The notes: a model not told the origin generated them from the letters alone. 64,000 nt of DNA from Lama guanicoe (GCA_013239625.1 MU053629.1:1825567-1889566), one strand, 5' to 3'; numbered from the stretch's first letter, positions 13,102 through 26,296 are shown. Translations and numbers: made by a program.

Positions 13102-13195
13102 TGGTTTGAGGAGAAGCTCCAGGAGGTAGAGTGTGAGGAGCAGCGCTTACGGAAACTGCATGCCGTTGTAGAAACGCTAGTCAACCACAGGAAAG
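13102..13195 (+). CDS. SNX1: SNX1 exon 10 (94 nt), start of the BAR domain
   Basis: tttcag|TGGTTT...AGGAAAG|gtaatg; [31 protein letters not shown](E). Confidence 0.96.
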
Positions 13196-13697
13196 GTAAT
13201 GCACTTGGAGCTGGGGAAAATTGTTGTCTCCAGTGAGCTGGAGATGGGAGGGCATGCTGTTCCCAGCCTCTCAGCCATTCAAGTTGAAATTCTCAGCCCC
13301 CCTGCTCCCTGAGGTTCCGATCAGAAAGATACGCCCTGTGTCTCCTGACAGGAAACACGACCCCGCCACTGAGGGCGTTGCACTCTTTACCTGGGAGGGG
13401 TGCGGGGAAGGTGCCCCAGTTACAGCTTGACCTGGGACGTGGGCTTCTGTTGCAGTGATTTGAGTTGGTGGCTTCTATCCAAAATGATGTCACAGGCTTT
13501 AGCTACGTGGTCCAACAAGCAATGTGTAAATACTGGAAAACCTTATGTGTCTCCTAACCCTTCTTCACCTTTCTCTGCTGAAATTCACTTAAGAGCTAGT
13601 GAAATTGCCCAGATTTGAATGCTTTCCTTCTCTGCCTTAAGCTTGCTGATAATCAGAAATCTGCACAAACAGAAAACCATTAGAATGAGGTCAGTGT

Positions 13698-13895
13698 AAG
13701 GGTTGGCAAAATATGATCCCGCCCATGGGCCAGATCTGGCCCTGGGCCTTATTGCTGTGAGCTGGGAATGGTTTTTACATTTTTAAAGAGATGAGTTGGG
13801 GGTGGGTGGGGAGAGGAGAGAGAGACTGTGAGACCACGTGTGGCCTGCAAAGCTTAAATACCTGGCTTTTCCCAGAGAAAGCTGTCCTGCTCTAG
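13698..13895. mobile_element. MER58B-like hAT fossil
   Basis: AGGGTTGGCAAAATATG...GGGCCAGATCTGGCC...GAATGGTTTTTACATTTTTAAA...TGTGGCCTGCAAAGCTTAAATA. Confidence 0.6.
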
Positions 13896-14279
13896 AGCTT
13901 GCCAGACTGCGCAGCATGCACACTCACTCTCTCGTGCAGACGGGCCTCTTAACATGGGCTCTAATGTGGAAATCAGTCGTTCCTTTGGCCTGTTCATTTT
14001 AACTGGCCCCTGGTTCTCCAGGAATGTCAGAGCTGCTGCTTCCAAGTAGGTTTAACCTAGAGGAACCTAGGACCACAGCAACCTGTGCCTGCTCATGTGA
14101 CCAGCTGCATTCCTCTCACTTTCTGAATGCAGTTGGCTGTGGTGTAAGTGACTAAGTTGCAGAGCCCACAGTTGCCAGGCATGGAGGGGCCAGCATTGCT
14201 AAGACATGCCACACAGTGTCAGCTGACTTGTCCCTTTTCCTTGGGGGATCAGAGGCCTCTGCTGTCTTCCTCCTTCCAG

Positions 14280-14485
14280 AGCTAGCGCTGAACACAGCCC
14301 AGTTTGCAAAGAGTCTCGCCATGCTTGGGAGCTCTGAGGACAACACGGCATTGTCACGGGCACTCTCCCAGCTGGCTGAGGTGGAAGAAAAAATCGAGCA
14401 GCTCCACCAGGAACAGGCCAACAATGACTTCTTCCTCCTTGCCGAACTCCTGAGTGACTACATTCGTCTCCTGGCCATAGTCCGC
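14280..14485 (+). CDS. SNX1: SNX1 exon 11 (206 nt)
   Basis: ttccag|AGCTAGCG...GTCCGC|gtaagc; [68 protein letters not shown]. Confidence 0.97.
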
Positions 14486-16937
14486 GTAAGCTTCTCTTTC
14501 CTTTCTTCTTTCTCCTCCCCTTGATTTAATTTGTCTTTCCTTTGCTCTTTGCCTTCCCAAGACAGTTTCATCCATTACAGCTCAAAATAGGTGTAATTTT
14601 TTCTGCTCTCAAAAGAGAAGGTATCCCATGAATCAAAAAAGTCCATTAAACTCTTAGTTATCACTGAGTCATTTTGAGGCCCCAGTTTTTAAAATGAGTT
14701 TGGAGAAAAAGACCGGTGTTGAGTTTCCAAGTAGGCCCCTCCTTATTGTTGAAGCTTGACAGCTCTGTGCTCCTTTCGTCAACAAGGCTTATTACAGACC
14801 TGCTGTCTTGGCCCCCTGGAGCAGTGACTTCCTCAGTCCTTTGGTCTTTGCCTCCTTAACAGTAAGCGGCGGCTTTGCCTTGGTAAGAGCTCTTGCTGGC
14901 TTCCACTTGTCCCTCCAATGTGTGCAGTCAGGTAACTACACGGAACCGGCTTGGCATTGCATGGAGGAGTGTGGCCAGGGGGCTGAGAGAGCTTGTCACC
15001 GGGGTCCTCTTTGTGCTGTGCTGGCCACGCTGGTAACTATACCACAGCCTGTCCCTCAGGTCAAGCACCTTACCTTCTCGCTTGGTGACCAGGGCACTCT
15101 AGTTTCCCATGACCTTTCAGCGTGGCCAAGGAAGCACCACTGGGCAGTGGTATTAGCTCTCGCATGGCCTCCCTGAGACAGGAAAGAGCCGAGAGAGAGC
15201 CTGGCGCCTGCCCTAAAAGGGCCTGAGTCTGCCCGATCCAGTCTGGGGCCACAATGTATGATCCTCTGAGTTGGAACAGAGTCACCCTGCTCCCTATCCC
15301 CAACCTCTGTCCTGCCAGAGAGCCCCTGTATTGTCAAGAGCGAGCTGCTCCCAGGGCTCCCATTTCCTCTGTGGTAGAGTTGCTTATTATAGCCTGTGAG
15401 ATTGCTCATTGTCCTCTCCCTTTGCTATTTGGTTGGCTGCTAACTCCGGAGTGATAAGAGGCTGGAAGAATAACCTGCTTTGGAATTCTTAGAACTGGTC
15501 AGGCTACTTTGGCTGGAGAGCCCTCCTAGGGAGGGGTTCTCTGGGGAAGCTTTCAGAGAAGAGCATTGTTTGGGGTCTCTGGAGAGCTCAGCTCTTGGAT
15601 ATGACCCCCAGACTGGGTGAGCCGGTACAGACAGGGGTGAGGGAGGCCGAGCTGGGGCAGCAGGTGTTAAGAGTGCAGAACTGCAGGCTGGTCTGGTCTC
15701 AGAGACCCCTCACCTACCCTCCTCGTGGTCATGAACTGGCGATGGGATCGGAGAGATGAGCAGATGTTTCTTTTCTGCTGTTCCCTGAACCTGCAGCTGG
15801 GCCACAGTTAGCCCAGGGGCTTAGGCTTGAGTCTTAACTTGGAATACGAGGTCACCCTTTACCTAATCCTTTGATGTTGGGCTATTAAGAAATTGCAGGC
15901 GAGCAGCAGTGACAATTCAGAGGAAGGTAAATTTGGTGTCATTTTACCCACTACGGTTCAAGTGTTGGCAAAGGCCTGCACTAAGGTGGCCTAGGAGACG
16001 TCCGGGGAACTTTTGTAGGGAAGAGGAGCAAAAGGAACAGGGCTGGGAGACTGCCTCAGGCCAGGTCTGTCATCCAGGCCACCTCTGGAATCCTGCAAAG
16101 CTCGTGGGTGGCAGGGGAGATGGTTTGGTTAGGTCAAACAATTATCCTCTGGAAATGACTGTGGTCAAGGGACTGGAAACAGGAAAAACCAGCAAGTAGA
16201 CTTTAGAGAGCTTCCTGGGGGCTTTGATAGCCTAGAACAGTTGAATGTGGATACGGTGAAAGCCGGGGACACCGTGTGTCCCCATGGTGGCTTTAAGTGT
16301 TTATTTAAAGATCTGTTAAGCTAACCCTGTATGTTGTTCAGGCGTCAGTTTAAAGGTTGCTTCCTTAGGTTGGCCTTTTGGCCTGTTGGAGTTTTCCCAG
16401 GCTAAGCTAGGTCCCCAGTTTTATTAGAGTACACTGCTTGTTTTCTCTGAACTCTGCATACTTCCAGTCACTTACTGGCAATTATTAATACATTGTCCAC
16501 TTTTCTATTAGATCATAAGCTCCATGAGAACAGGACCATTTGTTTCACTTCCCACTGTATTCTTAGTTCCGGGCACACGGCAGGCACTCAGGGAAGTGTG
16601 GATGGAGACTCCTGGGCTGACTGACCTGAGGGAGGCAGTTCAAAAGCTATAGCGCTGGGCACTGGCATCGGGCCGCCGACTGTGCTCCCCGCCATCCGGC
16701 CTTGGGGGTAGCATGAAGCAGCATGGCGCTGGCCCACTGGAGACGTGGAGAGGAGTCTTATCCAGGCTTGTGCTTCTCAGCGTTAAACTTCCAGCTGGGC
16801 ACTAACACGTGGCTGCAAGGCCCGCCCTCGCTCTGTCCCACCCGGCATAGCTGCAGGCAGAGACCCCGAGGCCGAGGCGGAGCCACCTAAGCTCCTGAAG
16901 GGCTTCTCCTGCTCTCCCCCAACCCCCGCCCCCACAG

Positions 16938-17081
16938 GCCGCGTTCGACCAGCGCATGAAGACCTGGCAGCGCTGGCAGGATGCTCAGGCCACACTGCAG
17001 AAGAAGCGGGAGGCTGAGGCTCGGCTGCTGTGGGCCAACAAGCCTGACAAGCTGCAGCAGGCCAAGGACGAGATCGTGGAG
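16938..17081 (+). CDS. SNX1: SNX1 exon 12 (144 nt)
   Basis: ccacag|GCCGCG...GTGGAG|gtgagg; [48 protein letters not shown]. Confidence 0.97.
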
Positions 17082-17670
17082 GTGAGGCCCCCGAGGCAGC
17101 CCAGCAGGGGTGTTGTGCCGGCTCCTACCGGAGCCCAGGTCCCAGCCCCTCCAGATGCTCGGAACCCCACAGCAGGCGAGAGAACTGATTGAGTCTAAAG
17201 GACGGTGGCTGCTGGAGAGGCCTCAAGTCCAGGCTTGCCCTGAGACCTGGCCCTTTCCTGTTCCACGCAGATTTGCCAAATCAGAGTCTCTGCAGGAGGG
17301 GTCCTGGCTGGGTCTTTGAAAAGCTCCAAGATAATTCAGATATGCCTCCCTGGTGAGAACTAAATTCAGTTCTCTGGGGCTCTCAGCCTTGCTGGCGAAC
17401 ACCTAAACCACAGTCTCTGGGGCACTGGAGCTTTCTTAGGGACCAGGCTTGGCCTGGGGCACGTGGCTTCTCTTTCTCAGCCAGCCCCAGGGGTGGCCTT
17501 CTGCTTATGTGGACTCTGGCTTATGTGTGGAGTCTCCATAGCGAATCTCACCCGCAGGGACAGACAGACAGATGACCAATTGAGGTCCCAGATATAGAAT
17601 TGCTGTTCAAAGGTAAAGACTTAATGGTGATATAATATTAAGTGATCGTTTCTTTCCTCTTTCTTTCCAG

Positions 17671-17751
17671 TGGGAGTCTCGGGTGACTCAGTATGAAAGG
17701 GACTTTGAAAGGATTTCAACTGTGGTACGAAAAGAAGTGATACGGTTTGAG
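17671..17751 (+). CDS. SNX1: SNX1 exon 13 (81 nt)
   Basis: ttccag|TGGGAG...TTTGAG|gtgaga; [27 protein letters not shown]. Confidence 0.96.
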
Positions 17752-17889
17752 GTGAGATAGAAGATCCTGCTTCTCACCAGTGTGCAGTGCCTGGTTTAGT
17801 AGTGTTGTTGGATTTGCCCAAGTGTATTGAGGAGGGAGACAGATGGTGGTGCCAGTGACTTGGAAGTTATCGTGAACCATTGTGGCCTT

Positions 17890-17940
17890 TGTGTGTGCAT
17901 GTGTGTGTGTGTGTGTGTTCATGTTCATGTTCATGTTCAT
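17890..17940. repeat. Compound microsatellite (TG)n + (TTCATG)4 in SNX1 intron 13
   Basis: tgtgtgtgcatgtgtgtgtgtgtgtgtgttcatgttcatgttcatgttcat. Confidence 0.9.
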
Positions 17941-18244
17941 CTGTTTGTTCCTGAGGCAAGTGGCTGTCCTACACTTGCAGCTAGACACAAAGCAAAGCTT
18001 GCAGCTGTCACAGACCCTCTGGTCCCCTGTCCTTTCTCCTCCCCTTCCCCACTCCCACCCCCCCATCATACAGGAGAGCCTTGAAAGGCCTTGGCAGAGG
18101 CTATTTGGCTGGAAATTGTAGCTATTCCAGTCTCTACTTTCTGAGGCTGTGTTCAGCTTTGGTCAGCAAGAAGCATCACCATCCTATCAAGAGGGGAAGG
18201 AGCAACTATCTGGATGGTCAGTGGAGAACCCTGTTTTTCTTTAG

Positions 18245-18316
18245 AAAGAGAAATCCAAGGACTTCAAAAACCACGTGATCAAGTACCTTGAGACACTCCT
18301 GTACTCACAGCAGCAG
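18245..18316 (+). CDS. SNX1: SNX1 exon 14 (72 nt)
   Basis: ctttag|AAAGAG...CAGCAG|gtatgt; [24 protein letters not shown]. Confidence 0.96.
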
Positions 18317-18943
18317 GTATGTAACTTATGCACGGCATTCTGCCTCTCCTGCCTGCTCTGAAGGCCGGCTGCCTACTCGTGGCTTTGGTGACTGGGCAGT
18401 CTGGCCCTGCTTCAGAGGGCCTGGCCCCTGCTTAATCGATAATTGAAAGTAGGCCCTGTTGCTCTAACTTGGAGTGTCCATTAGGGTGTTTTGCTAATAA
18501 GCAGGACTGCCTTAGTCCTATGATGAGTTCGTTTTTAAGGACAAACGCCAACTCTCCTCTCCCTGTAACCTCATGATACCTCCCAGTCCTCTTGAGGCTG
18601 CGGTCTCGGTCAGTGTGTGGGACAGTGGCCCCTGCTGTGAGGGGCTAACTGAGCCGGGCCAAGCTGTGGCCCCTTCTCCGGGGCAGAGCCAGGACTGTCT
18701 TCAGAGATTGCCCTTGCACTTGCTGCTTCCTTCAGTCTAGAGAGGTAAGGAATAAAGGCAGTGTGGCCAGCTGGCCAGTCTGTTCCAAGGTCACTCCCAG
18801 CCTAGCCACCTCCTCAGCTTGGCCTCAGCTCAGCCCTCCTTTTGGGGAGTGGGGAGTGCCGTGGCACTGCGCTTGCTCCCCTGCCAGGCTCAGGCTCTGC
18901 CACTCAATGGGGGCACTTGCTCACTGTCCCCACTTCTTTGCAG

Positions 18944-18994
18944 CTGGCAAAGTACTGGGAAGCCTTCCTTCCTGAGGCAAAGGCCATCTCCTAA
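18944..18994 (+). CDS. SNX1: SNX1 exon 15, coding part (terminal exon)
   Basis: ttgcag|CTGGCA...ATCTCCTAA; LAKYWEAFLPEAKAIS*. Confidence 0.96.
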   Translation: MAKYWEAFLPEAKAIS

Positions 18995-19361
18995 TGGACC
19001 AAGGACACCAGAGCCCACCTGCCTGACGCTGCCTTTTTATACACTGTCCTCCTCCACCTCTGCTGGATCCCAGTGATGCCTCCTGCCTAGCTTGGACTTC
19101 ACCCCTTCCTCCCTGCCCCCAAGACCAAACTGTCCCCAGTCACTCTAACCATTACTTCATTTAGCTTCCATATATATTTTCTTACTGGAGAGAATAGTTT
19201 CTTGCTTTAAGCAAAAGACCTATAATAGGTGGTGGAATTATTGGCTAGGGGTGGAGTATTGATATAAATATATAAATACAAATGTATATTTTTCAGGATG
19301 TGGTTAGGAACTGGGAATAACGTTTTCTGTTACTCCTGATGGTGCCATGAAAAGATTATGT

Positions 19362-19367
19362 AATAAA
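19362..19367 (+). terminator. SNX1: SNX1 proximal polyadenylation signal
   Basis: AATAAA ~370 nt after the stop, immediately preceded by TGTA, with a GT/T-rich tract at 19400-19417. Confidence 0.75.
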
Positions 19368-19419
19368 ATACTTTAAAATCAGGTCACCTGACTCAGAATG
19401 GTGGTGCTTTTTGCTTTAG

Positions 19420-19593
19420 GCTACGGAGCAGGTGGGAAGCAGGTCTGGAATGCTCCTGACCGAGGAGCCGCCCAGGAATACTAAGTCTCTCTCCACGGAA
19501 GTCCACAGGCTTGTGTGCTGCTTCCCTGTCGCGCTGGAGTTTCTTTTTCTCTGTCTACCTCAGCCACCTGTTCTGGGGTCTCAATCTATTTAA
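19420..19593 (+). CDS. SNX1: Candidate SNX1 alternative terminal exon (57 aa, phase 0 from exon 14)
   Basis: gctttttgctttag|GCTACGGAGCAG...ATTTAA; ATEQVGSRSGMLLTEEPPRNTKSLSTEVHRLVCCFPVALEFLFLCLPQPPVLGSQSI*. Confidence 0.4.
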   Translation, partial: ATEQVGSRSGMLLTEEPPRNTKSLSTEVHRLVCCFPVALEFLFLCLPQPPVLGSQSI

Positions 19594-20689
19594 TCCTTAC
19601 TCCTGTTTCTTTAGGGAAGGAGTTTTTAAGATGTCTTTTATAATAAGAGGAGCAAAACCACTTCTCCTGCAAAGGAGGCAGACTTTCTCTTTTATTCCTG
19701 CCCTGTTTCCCTCAGCTGCCCAGGGCTCTGTGAGTCTTGCCTTCTGATAGCAAAGCCTTGTGTTCTGAACTTCTTTTTGCCACCCATCAAAACGCGTCCT
19801 CAGTAGACTGGTTCGCATTAAAAAATATCAAGGACTGATAAGGATTTAACATTTTATCTCCATAGATGACAGAACCAGGCACTCTGCCTCTAGATAAAGT
19901 CATCCAAGGGTCCCTAAACCTTTTCAGTTCCAAGAAGCTTTGCTGTCTGTGCCCAGGAGGGAGCATGCCAGCAAGAGGCCCCAGCCAAGGGCGCTCAAAG
20001 GGGTCTCTGTGCCAGCCCGGCCAGGGAGGCCCGATCTCCGATGTGCTGCCACTGGGCTTCCCCTCAGCTGTGTCCACAGCTGCTCCAGCTCACTGGTCAG
20101 AGCGGCCTGCGGAGCTCCCCTGTGGGGCAGGGCTGGCAGACTGCCTGCACGGGAACCTCGCCGCTCCCGGCCCCAGCACCCCCAGAGATGCCCCGGCTGC
20201 CGGCACTCCACGCCTGCTCTATCAGTTCTCTTTGAGGGGTGTGGGGGCTGGTAAGGTTTGGGTAGGGGCAGCCTGAGGCAAAAGAAGGCAGTAAACAGCG
20301 CTGATCTCCAGGGTACCAGCCTGACAGGGGAGTACCTCTGCTGCAAGTATTTTTTTTAAACACGTTGATTTTTTTTTTTAAGAAAAAGGCATTCAGTCTC
20401 TCCCATATATCCCCTACTATCCTTATTACCACCTTTGATTTTATCCTTCCCGTCTTCTTGTATTTTTGCTTTGCATAGTTGTAATAATATACACATAAAA
20501 TACTTGTATCCTGCTTTTATCACTCAACACTGTATGTTATAAGCATTTTTTCCTGCTTTGTTATGTATCTTCACAGACTTTATTTGTAAGGCTATGCAAT
20601 TTTTAGGCTTCCATAGAGTGACTGTACCATAATTCTGACTCATCCCTTGTTGTTGGATTCCTGGTTTGTTTGGTAACTTTTAAAATTTT

Positions 20690-21870
20690 AGTATGATTTT
20701 AAACTTACAGAAAAGTTACAGGAGTATCACAAAGAACTCCCATATATCCTTTTATCCACATTTCCCAGGGGTTTACCTTTTTGCTTAATGATTTATGATT
20801 TGCTTTATGTATATTTACATGTTGTATTTTCCAGGTTATTTGAGAATAGGTTGCAGACATTGTATGTCCCCCTTTACCCCCAAATTTCAGTATGCATTCC
20901 CTTAAGAACAAGGACGTTCTGTCATAATTTACAACCGTAAGTATGCTTATCAAAATCAGGAAGCATACCACTGATACGATACTGATACAGTTTAACCCCT
21001 GGTCTCAGTTTAAATTGTGTCGGTCGTCTGAGTCACGTCCTTTATTCCCTTTTTCCTGGTGCAGGATCATGTGCTGCATTTAGTGGTGACACAGGGTTAC
21101 ATGTGTCTCTTTTTAATCTGGAAGAGTTCTCGAGCCTCTCCTTGCCTTTCATTACCTTGGCAGTTTGGGGGAATACAGCCAGGGGTTTTGTAGGATGTTC
21201 CTCAGTTTGGTCTCATGGTCCCACACAGTCCCACACGGTTAGATGAGGGTTTTGCGTGCTGGGCAGGAGCATCACAGTAGAGGTGTGTCCTCAGCACATC
21301 TTAAGTGTGATGTGGTGTTGGTTGGTCCCATTAATGCTGACGTTAACTCTGATCTTTTGGTTAAGTTGATGACTGCCAGGTTTCCCCATGTTAAATTTAC
21401 TCCTTCTCCTTTGTAATTAAGCAGTTTTCTGTGGGAAGATACTTTTATATCAAGTAAATATTTTGTTCTTCATCCAGTGTGATTTTCTAACTCCATGGTT
21501 TCTTCTACATTTATTGGTTGGCATTCTTCTTCTCAAGAAAAACATCTTTCCTCCCTATTTATTAATCTGCTTGTTTATCAATATGGACGAATGGATTCCT
21601 GTTTTACTCAAAATTGCAAGCCATTGCTTCGATTTGTTTTGATTGTCAGACTGTCCCAGGTATTAACACGCCCCCTTCGTTTTTTCAACACTTTCTTTCT
21701 TTCTGGCTAACAAGATGTTCCAGGCTTATCTTGTATCTTCCCTGCACCAGCCCTGGAATCAGACATTTCTCTAAGGAATCTTGATTCCTTTTACTGGAGA
21801 ATGATATTTAGAAACCAAGGTCTGGGTGCTGATCTTGCTACTGGAGTATCATGACTTCTAGGCTCTTGGC
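20690..21870 (-). mobile_element. L1MC-like LINE 3' fragment
   Basis: TTTTAAACTTACAGAAAAGTTACAGGAGTATCACAAAGAACTCCCATAT...CCCTAAGAACAAGGAC-type and AGATGTTCCAGGCTTATCTTGTA...CCAAGGTCTGGGTGCT phrases. Confidence 0.65.
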
Positions 21871-24349
21871 AGACACAACAAGGAAACAGATATATGGACA
21901 TACCAAAAGCGGTGAAGATAAATGGCATAAATAAATAAAGAATCAGGTACTAAAAATCATGCATTCACACCTCTATTTCCTGTCTAGCTCCATAGAGTTT
22001 ATTCTCATCTCCTTTTTGCATATTTGTAACTCTCTTCTCCAAAGAAACTTAATTTTTAAAGCTTCCTCCTCACTTTGTTATATTCCATCCAGTGATCATC
22101 TTGATAGAAGTCTGTTTTTGTTATTTCCTTGGGATGGACTCTCCTCTGGTTTCAGAACTTCCTCCTCAGCCTCCTGCATCCCGAGGCAGACAGGGCTGGC
22201 TGTCCAGGGCCCATGCATTTCTGGGCAGAGCTGGCAGACATGGAAGTTAAGAAGGCCAATAGCAGGGTAAGTGCACTGAGCCAGAGGCCAGTGCAGGGGG
22301 CTCCACAAAGGAGTCCTTTTACCTGGGGACTCAGGAGGAAGAAATTGGAGAAGGGGATGCTTAAACTGTGTCTCAAAGGCAGAGAGGGATTTGTTCCTTC
22401 TGCTGGGTCCATTCTGCCTCCCTGTGTCGTGGCAGTGGGAGGTGCGCACAACCAGGGGGATGCAATGGCTCAATGTGGCCAGAGTCTAGTCAGTGGACGG
22501 CCCGCAGAAAGCGGTGAGCAGGAGCTGGATCACACAGTGCCTGTGACGTGTGGGGCGCTCCTGAAGGGACTTGAGCAGCGAATAGCTTGGTCACATTTGT
22601 GATGTAGACATATCAGGTGTGAGGGTGGAGGCAAGGAGAGCCAGCCAGAGTGCCAAGGAGCAGAGTAGTAATGGGGCTGGAGCTCGGGAAGAGGTACAGG
22701 AGGTGGAGAAGAGCCACTGGGGTCTGGTCACTGATTGGATGAGAGGCCTGAGGGAGGGGGCGGTAGTTAACATGACCTGCAAGCTTCTGGCTTGGATTTC
22801 GGGGTAGACAGTGCAGCCCGTCATGACGCAGGTAACACAGGAGGCCAGATGGGTTTGGAGCAGGTGGGCAGGGAAGCCGTGGGGACAGCAGGTGCTGACC
22901 ATGTCATATAAGAGGCTTCTCTGCCTGGGAAGGGAGGACTCTGCTGAGAGGTGGGAGAGATACAGAGTGAAGTCAGGCTTTGTTTTATTGAAAGGTGGAT
23001 CAGACCTAGCATGTTAATAAACTTAGGAGGAGAGAAAGGGACAAGCCATCAGCCATGTCTGGGAACACAAAGTGCACAGAGCAAGGGGCCTCACAGCTGG
23101 GGCTGGGGGCCAGAGAGTGATGGTCTCCGGCTTGGTAATTAAAATGTCCTCAGACAGGAATGTCTTGTTCACCTATTTTGAGTTAAGTGGTTTAGAGAAG
23201 AGGTGTGGAGATGAGTCTGCATTCCCCTACTTCCCCTGAGGTTATGTCCCGTGTGAATCCCTGGGCTCTGGAATCCTGAAGATGAGGGCTTAGAGCTGGA
23301 GGGACCCCAACATTCGGTATGAGTATTCAGTGACAGAATAATGGGAGAAGTAGAAATGACCGGAAGTGTCCACATAGAAATTTGTAACACTGAGCTCTTT
23401 CCAGAAGATTTCATTCTGAATGCACCTCTAGCTGAGAACTCTTTAAAAAAATAAAGAAAGAATGCCTGTGCAGCTCAAATTTTAAAAAGGTGAGAATATA
23501 ATGGAAATACTAAGCATGGGGCCAGGAACTGGTTGAGGAGGGAACATGGTGATGGAAGCAGTGTCCTTTGCTGAACGTAGGGCCTGTGTGGGATTGAAGA
23601 CCATGGATTTTGAGGGGCACCAGCCCCTAAGGTGGTGGGATTTTCCCCACCATTCCCGGCAGCCTGGGGGCTGGGGAAGGGGGGTCCCTCCTGGAATAAG
23701 GAAGGACATACTTTGCTGCGGTTGGCACGTGCCTGATTCCAACACTGTGTTCAGAGTCACTGGCTAAGATTCTCAGCTCCTCGGTGGGGAAGTGTCAGGA
23801 CTGAGCTCACAGTTAGAAATGGACTAGAACAACTCATCCCTGTCTCCTGGCCCCAGGGTTGGTGCGACATGATCTGTCCATGTCTTGTGATGCCACTTGA
23901 GTGGTTTAATGTCGGCTCTCCCTGCCCACCAGTCAACTCTCCACGGTGGAACGTCTGTATAACCCCGTGGCCCCCTGAAAAGATCTGGGCTTAAAATAGG
24001 TGCCAAATAGATAACAGTTGAATGGTCTCCAGTTGCAGGCTCTGCCACCTGGCCTTCACAGCCTTCTGGGAGAGGACCCCAGCTCGCCTTTCCCCATTTA
24101 TCTCCTAGTGCTTCACAGCAGTGCGCGTGCCTCCTGGAAACTGATTCCACATACTCTCTTTCCTTCCTCACTTCTGTGTGGCCTCAGAAGCCTTTATTAA
24201 TGGGGGACGTTGTACCTGAAGCACCCTGTCTCAGCCCCCATCCCTCTCTTCTCAGAATTACACCTGCCTGAAACCGTCAGCCTTCACTGTTGCGGATGAG
24301 AGTGTAAGTAAACAGAGACAGAGGGCATTGGTGAATGTGTCAGAACACT

Positions 24350-24790
24350 CACTGGGGATTCCTGTAGACGCTTCTAGAAGCCAAGTCCATGAGGAAGACT
24401 GTGCCAAGAGGCCCATCATAGCATTGTTTACAGTTGTACAATTTGAAATCAGTCTTCATGTACAGCAGGAAGGGATTAAATGAATTATGGTACATAATAC
24501 AATTAGATATTATACAGCCATTGAAGGTGGTATATAGCTCTGTTCACTGACAAGAAAACTCATATTTTTGAGTGAAAAAAAGTAGGTTATAGAATTACAT
24601 GTATGATATGGTCTGCATTTATATACAATTATATTTATGTTGGAAGGATACTGATCGAATTGTTAACTATGGTTGCCTCTAGGGACGGAATTTTGCATTT
24701 ATTTAAATTTTTATACCATTTTATGTTGCCTGGAATGTCTGTGTATTTTTATAATCATAACCATTAAATAAAGCTATTTTCATTATGGGA
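24350..24790 (+). mobile_element. Old L1 (L1ME-like) 3' end
   Basis: CATAGCATTGTTTACAGT...ATTAAATGAATTATGGTACAT...ATATTATACAGCCATT. Confidence 0.5.
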
Positions 24791-26296
24791 AAACAAACCA
24801 ATGCATTCTTTGAAGCCTACTTTATACGTGCATTCTCTGGGAAGCTTTCTGTGACCCATTCTCCATCCCACTCCCGAACTGGGCTGGGAGCCCCGCCTCC
24901 TTTTTAGTTCTTTGCTTGGCACTATCTTTGTCATCCTTTTAAACGTCTGGTCTTTCTCACCCTTGCTTGTAATGTTACGGCGAAGAAGATGATCTCAGTC
25001 GCCTCCCTGGCTCTGAACTCAAGATCATGGACTGTGTTGTCCTGCTCATCTCAGTGCCCTCCTCCACTTCCAAAGGCAGCTGAAGGAGGGCAGTGGCTGC
25101 CCTTCAGCTCTGGCGATTCTTGCATTACGAGCCTGGCGGCCCACATCTTGGGATTTTTCAAGTGATCCAGAAATCAGGCCTGATTCAGGGTTCAGTAGGC
25201 CTTGCTGTGGTTGGCAGGCGCTCAGTGCCCCAGGTGGGGCCTGCAGGCTGGGAGGTGATAGCCACCTGCCCCTGAAGGGCCACCTCCCCTTTGCCTTTGT
25301 CTGTTGTGGACATGCCCTTCTGGCTCTGATGCCCAGACCTCTGGGGCAGAAACCCCCTCACTCCCACCAGGGCTGCTCAGAGGAAGCTCAGCCTCCACAG
25401 GATGCACTGTGTCTGGGTCCAGAAAAAAACCCAAAGAAAAACCCTGTCCAATCTGAGATAGGACCTTTCCCTGAAGCGATGTGTCGATAGTTTCCAAATG
25501 ACTGCCCCCTCGTAGCTTCAGAGCTCTCAGCTTCCTCTTCCATTATGAGTGACAGCAGTGATGACCACAGGGGCCCCGAAGTCGGCCTCCTCTTGGGAAC
25601 ATCAGCAACCTCACCAGAGAAGACGGTGAGGCACCTGGCCGCCGGGAACACGTGCAGGGCCGGGTCCAGGCTGCCTCCGATAGTGCCTTCCCACCGCGGG
25701 GGCCATAACAAGAGCTGCCGTGCGGTAATCACCCACCCACCTACCCTGTGCCAGTGTGCTCAGGGCTTTGAAACTCATCAGCACCCCGGCCTTGCCAGGT
25801 GGGCGTCATTATCTACATTAAAAGACAGGCCTCGAGGCCTCAAGCAGCTTGCCCAAGGCCCACCTCGGAGCAAAGAACTGAACCCAGTCTGCTCGACTCA
25901 GCCCCCCTGCCTCACCATATCCCACACGACCCAGTCGGGGATGGACAAGAAGGACCTAAACTCTAACCTACTAAGTCGTTTCCTTAAAGACCTGAAAAAA
26001 CCCACAGAAACCCAAGGAAAAGTTACCTTCCTGACCTCATAGGCATCTGCCGCTCCCACCCTCTGAGGCTCTCTCCACAGACCTGCTCAGTGTGTGGCCC
26101 AGTCTGGGAGCAGGAACAGAAGCTGGAAGACAGAGAAGCACTTGGGTGAGTGGCTGGGGACCAGTAAAGGCAGAGACTAGAAACTCTGCTTGCTGGGAAA
26201 CCCCAGACAGCACCCAGGGCTACAGCGAGAGTAGGGGGCACCTCCAGCCTGGACCTTGAGGCCTAGGGCCGGGGTTTCCCCACCCCCACCCCCACC

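Noticed and set aside
16265..16283. Hairpin GGGGACAC-CGT-GTGTCCCC
   Set aside because: An 8-bp stem is expected by chance at this window size.
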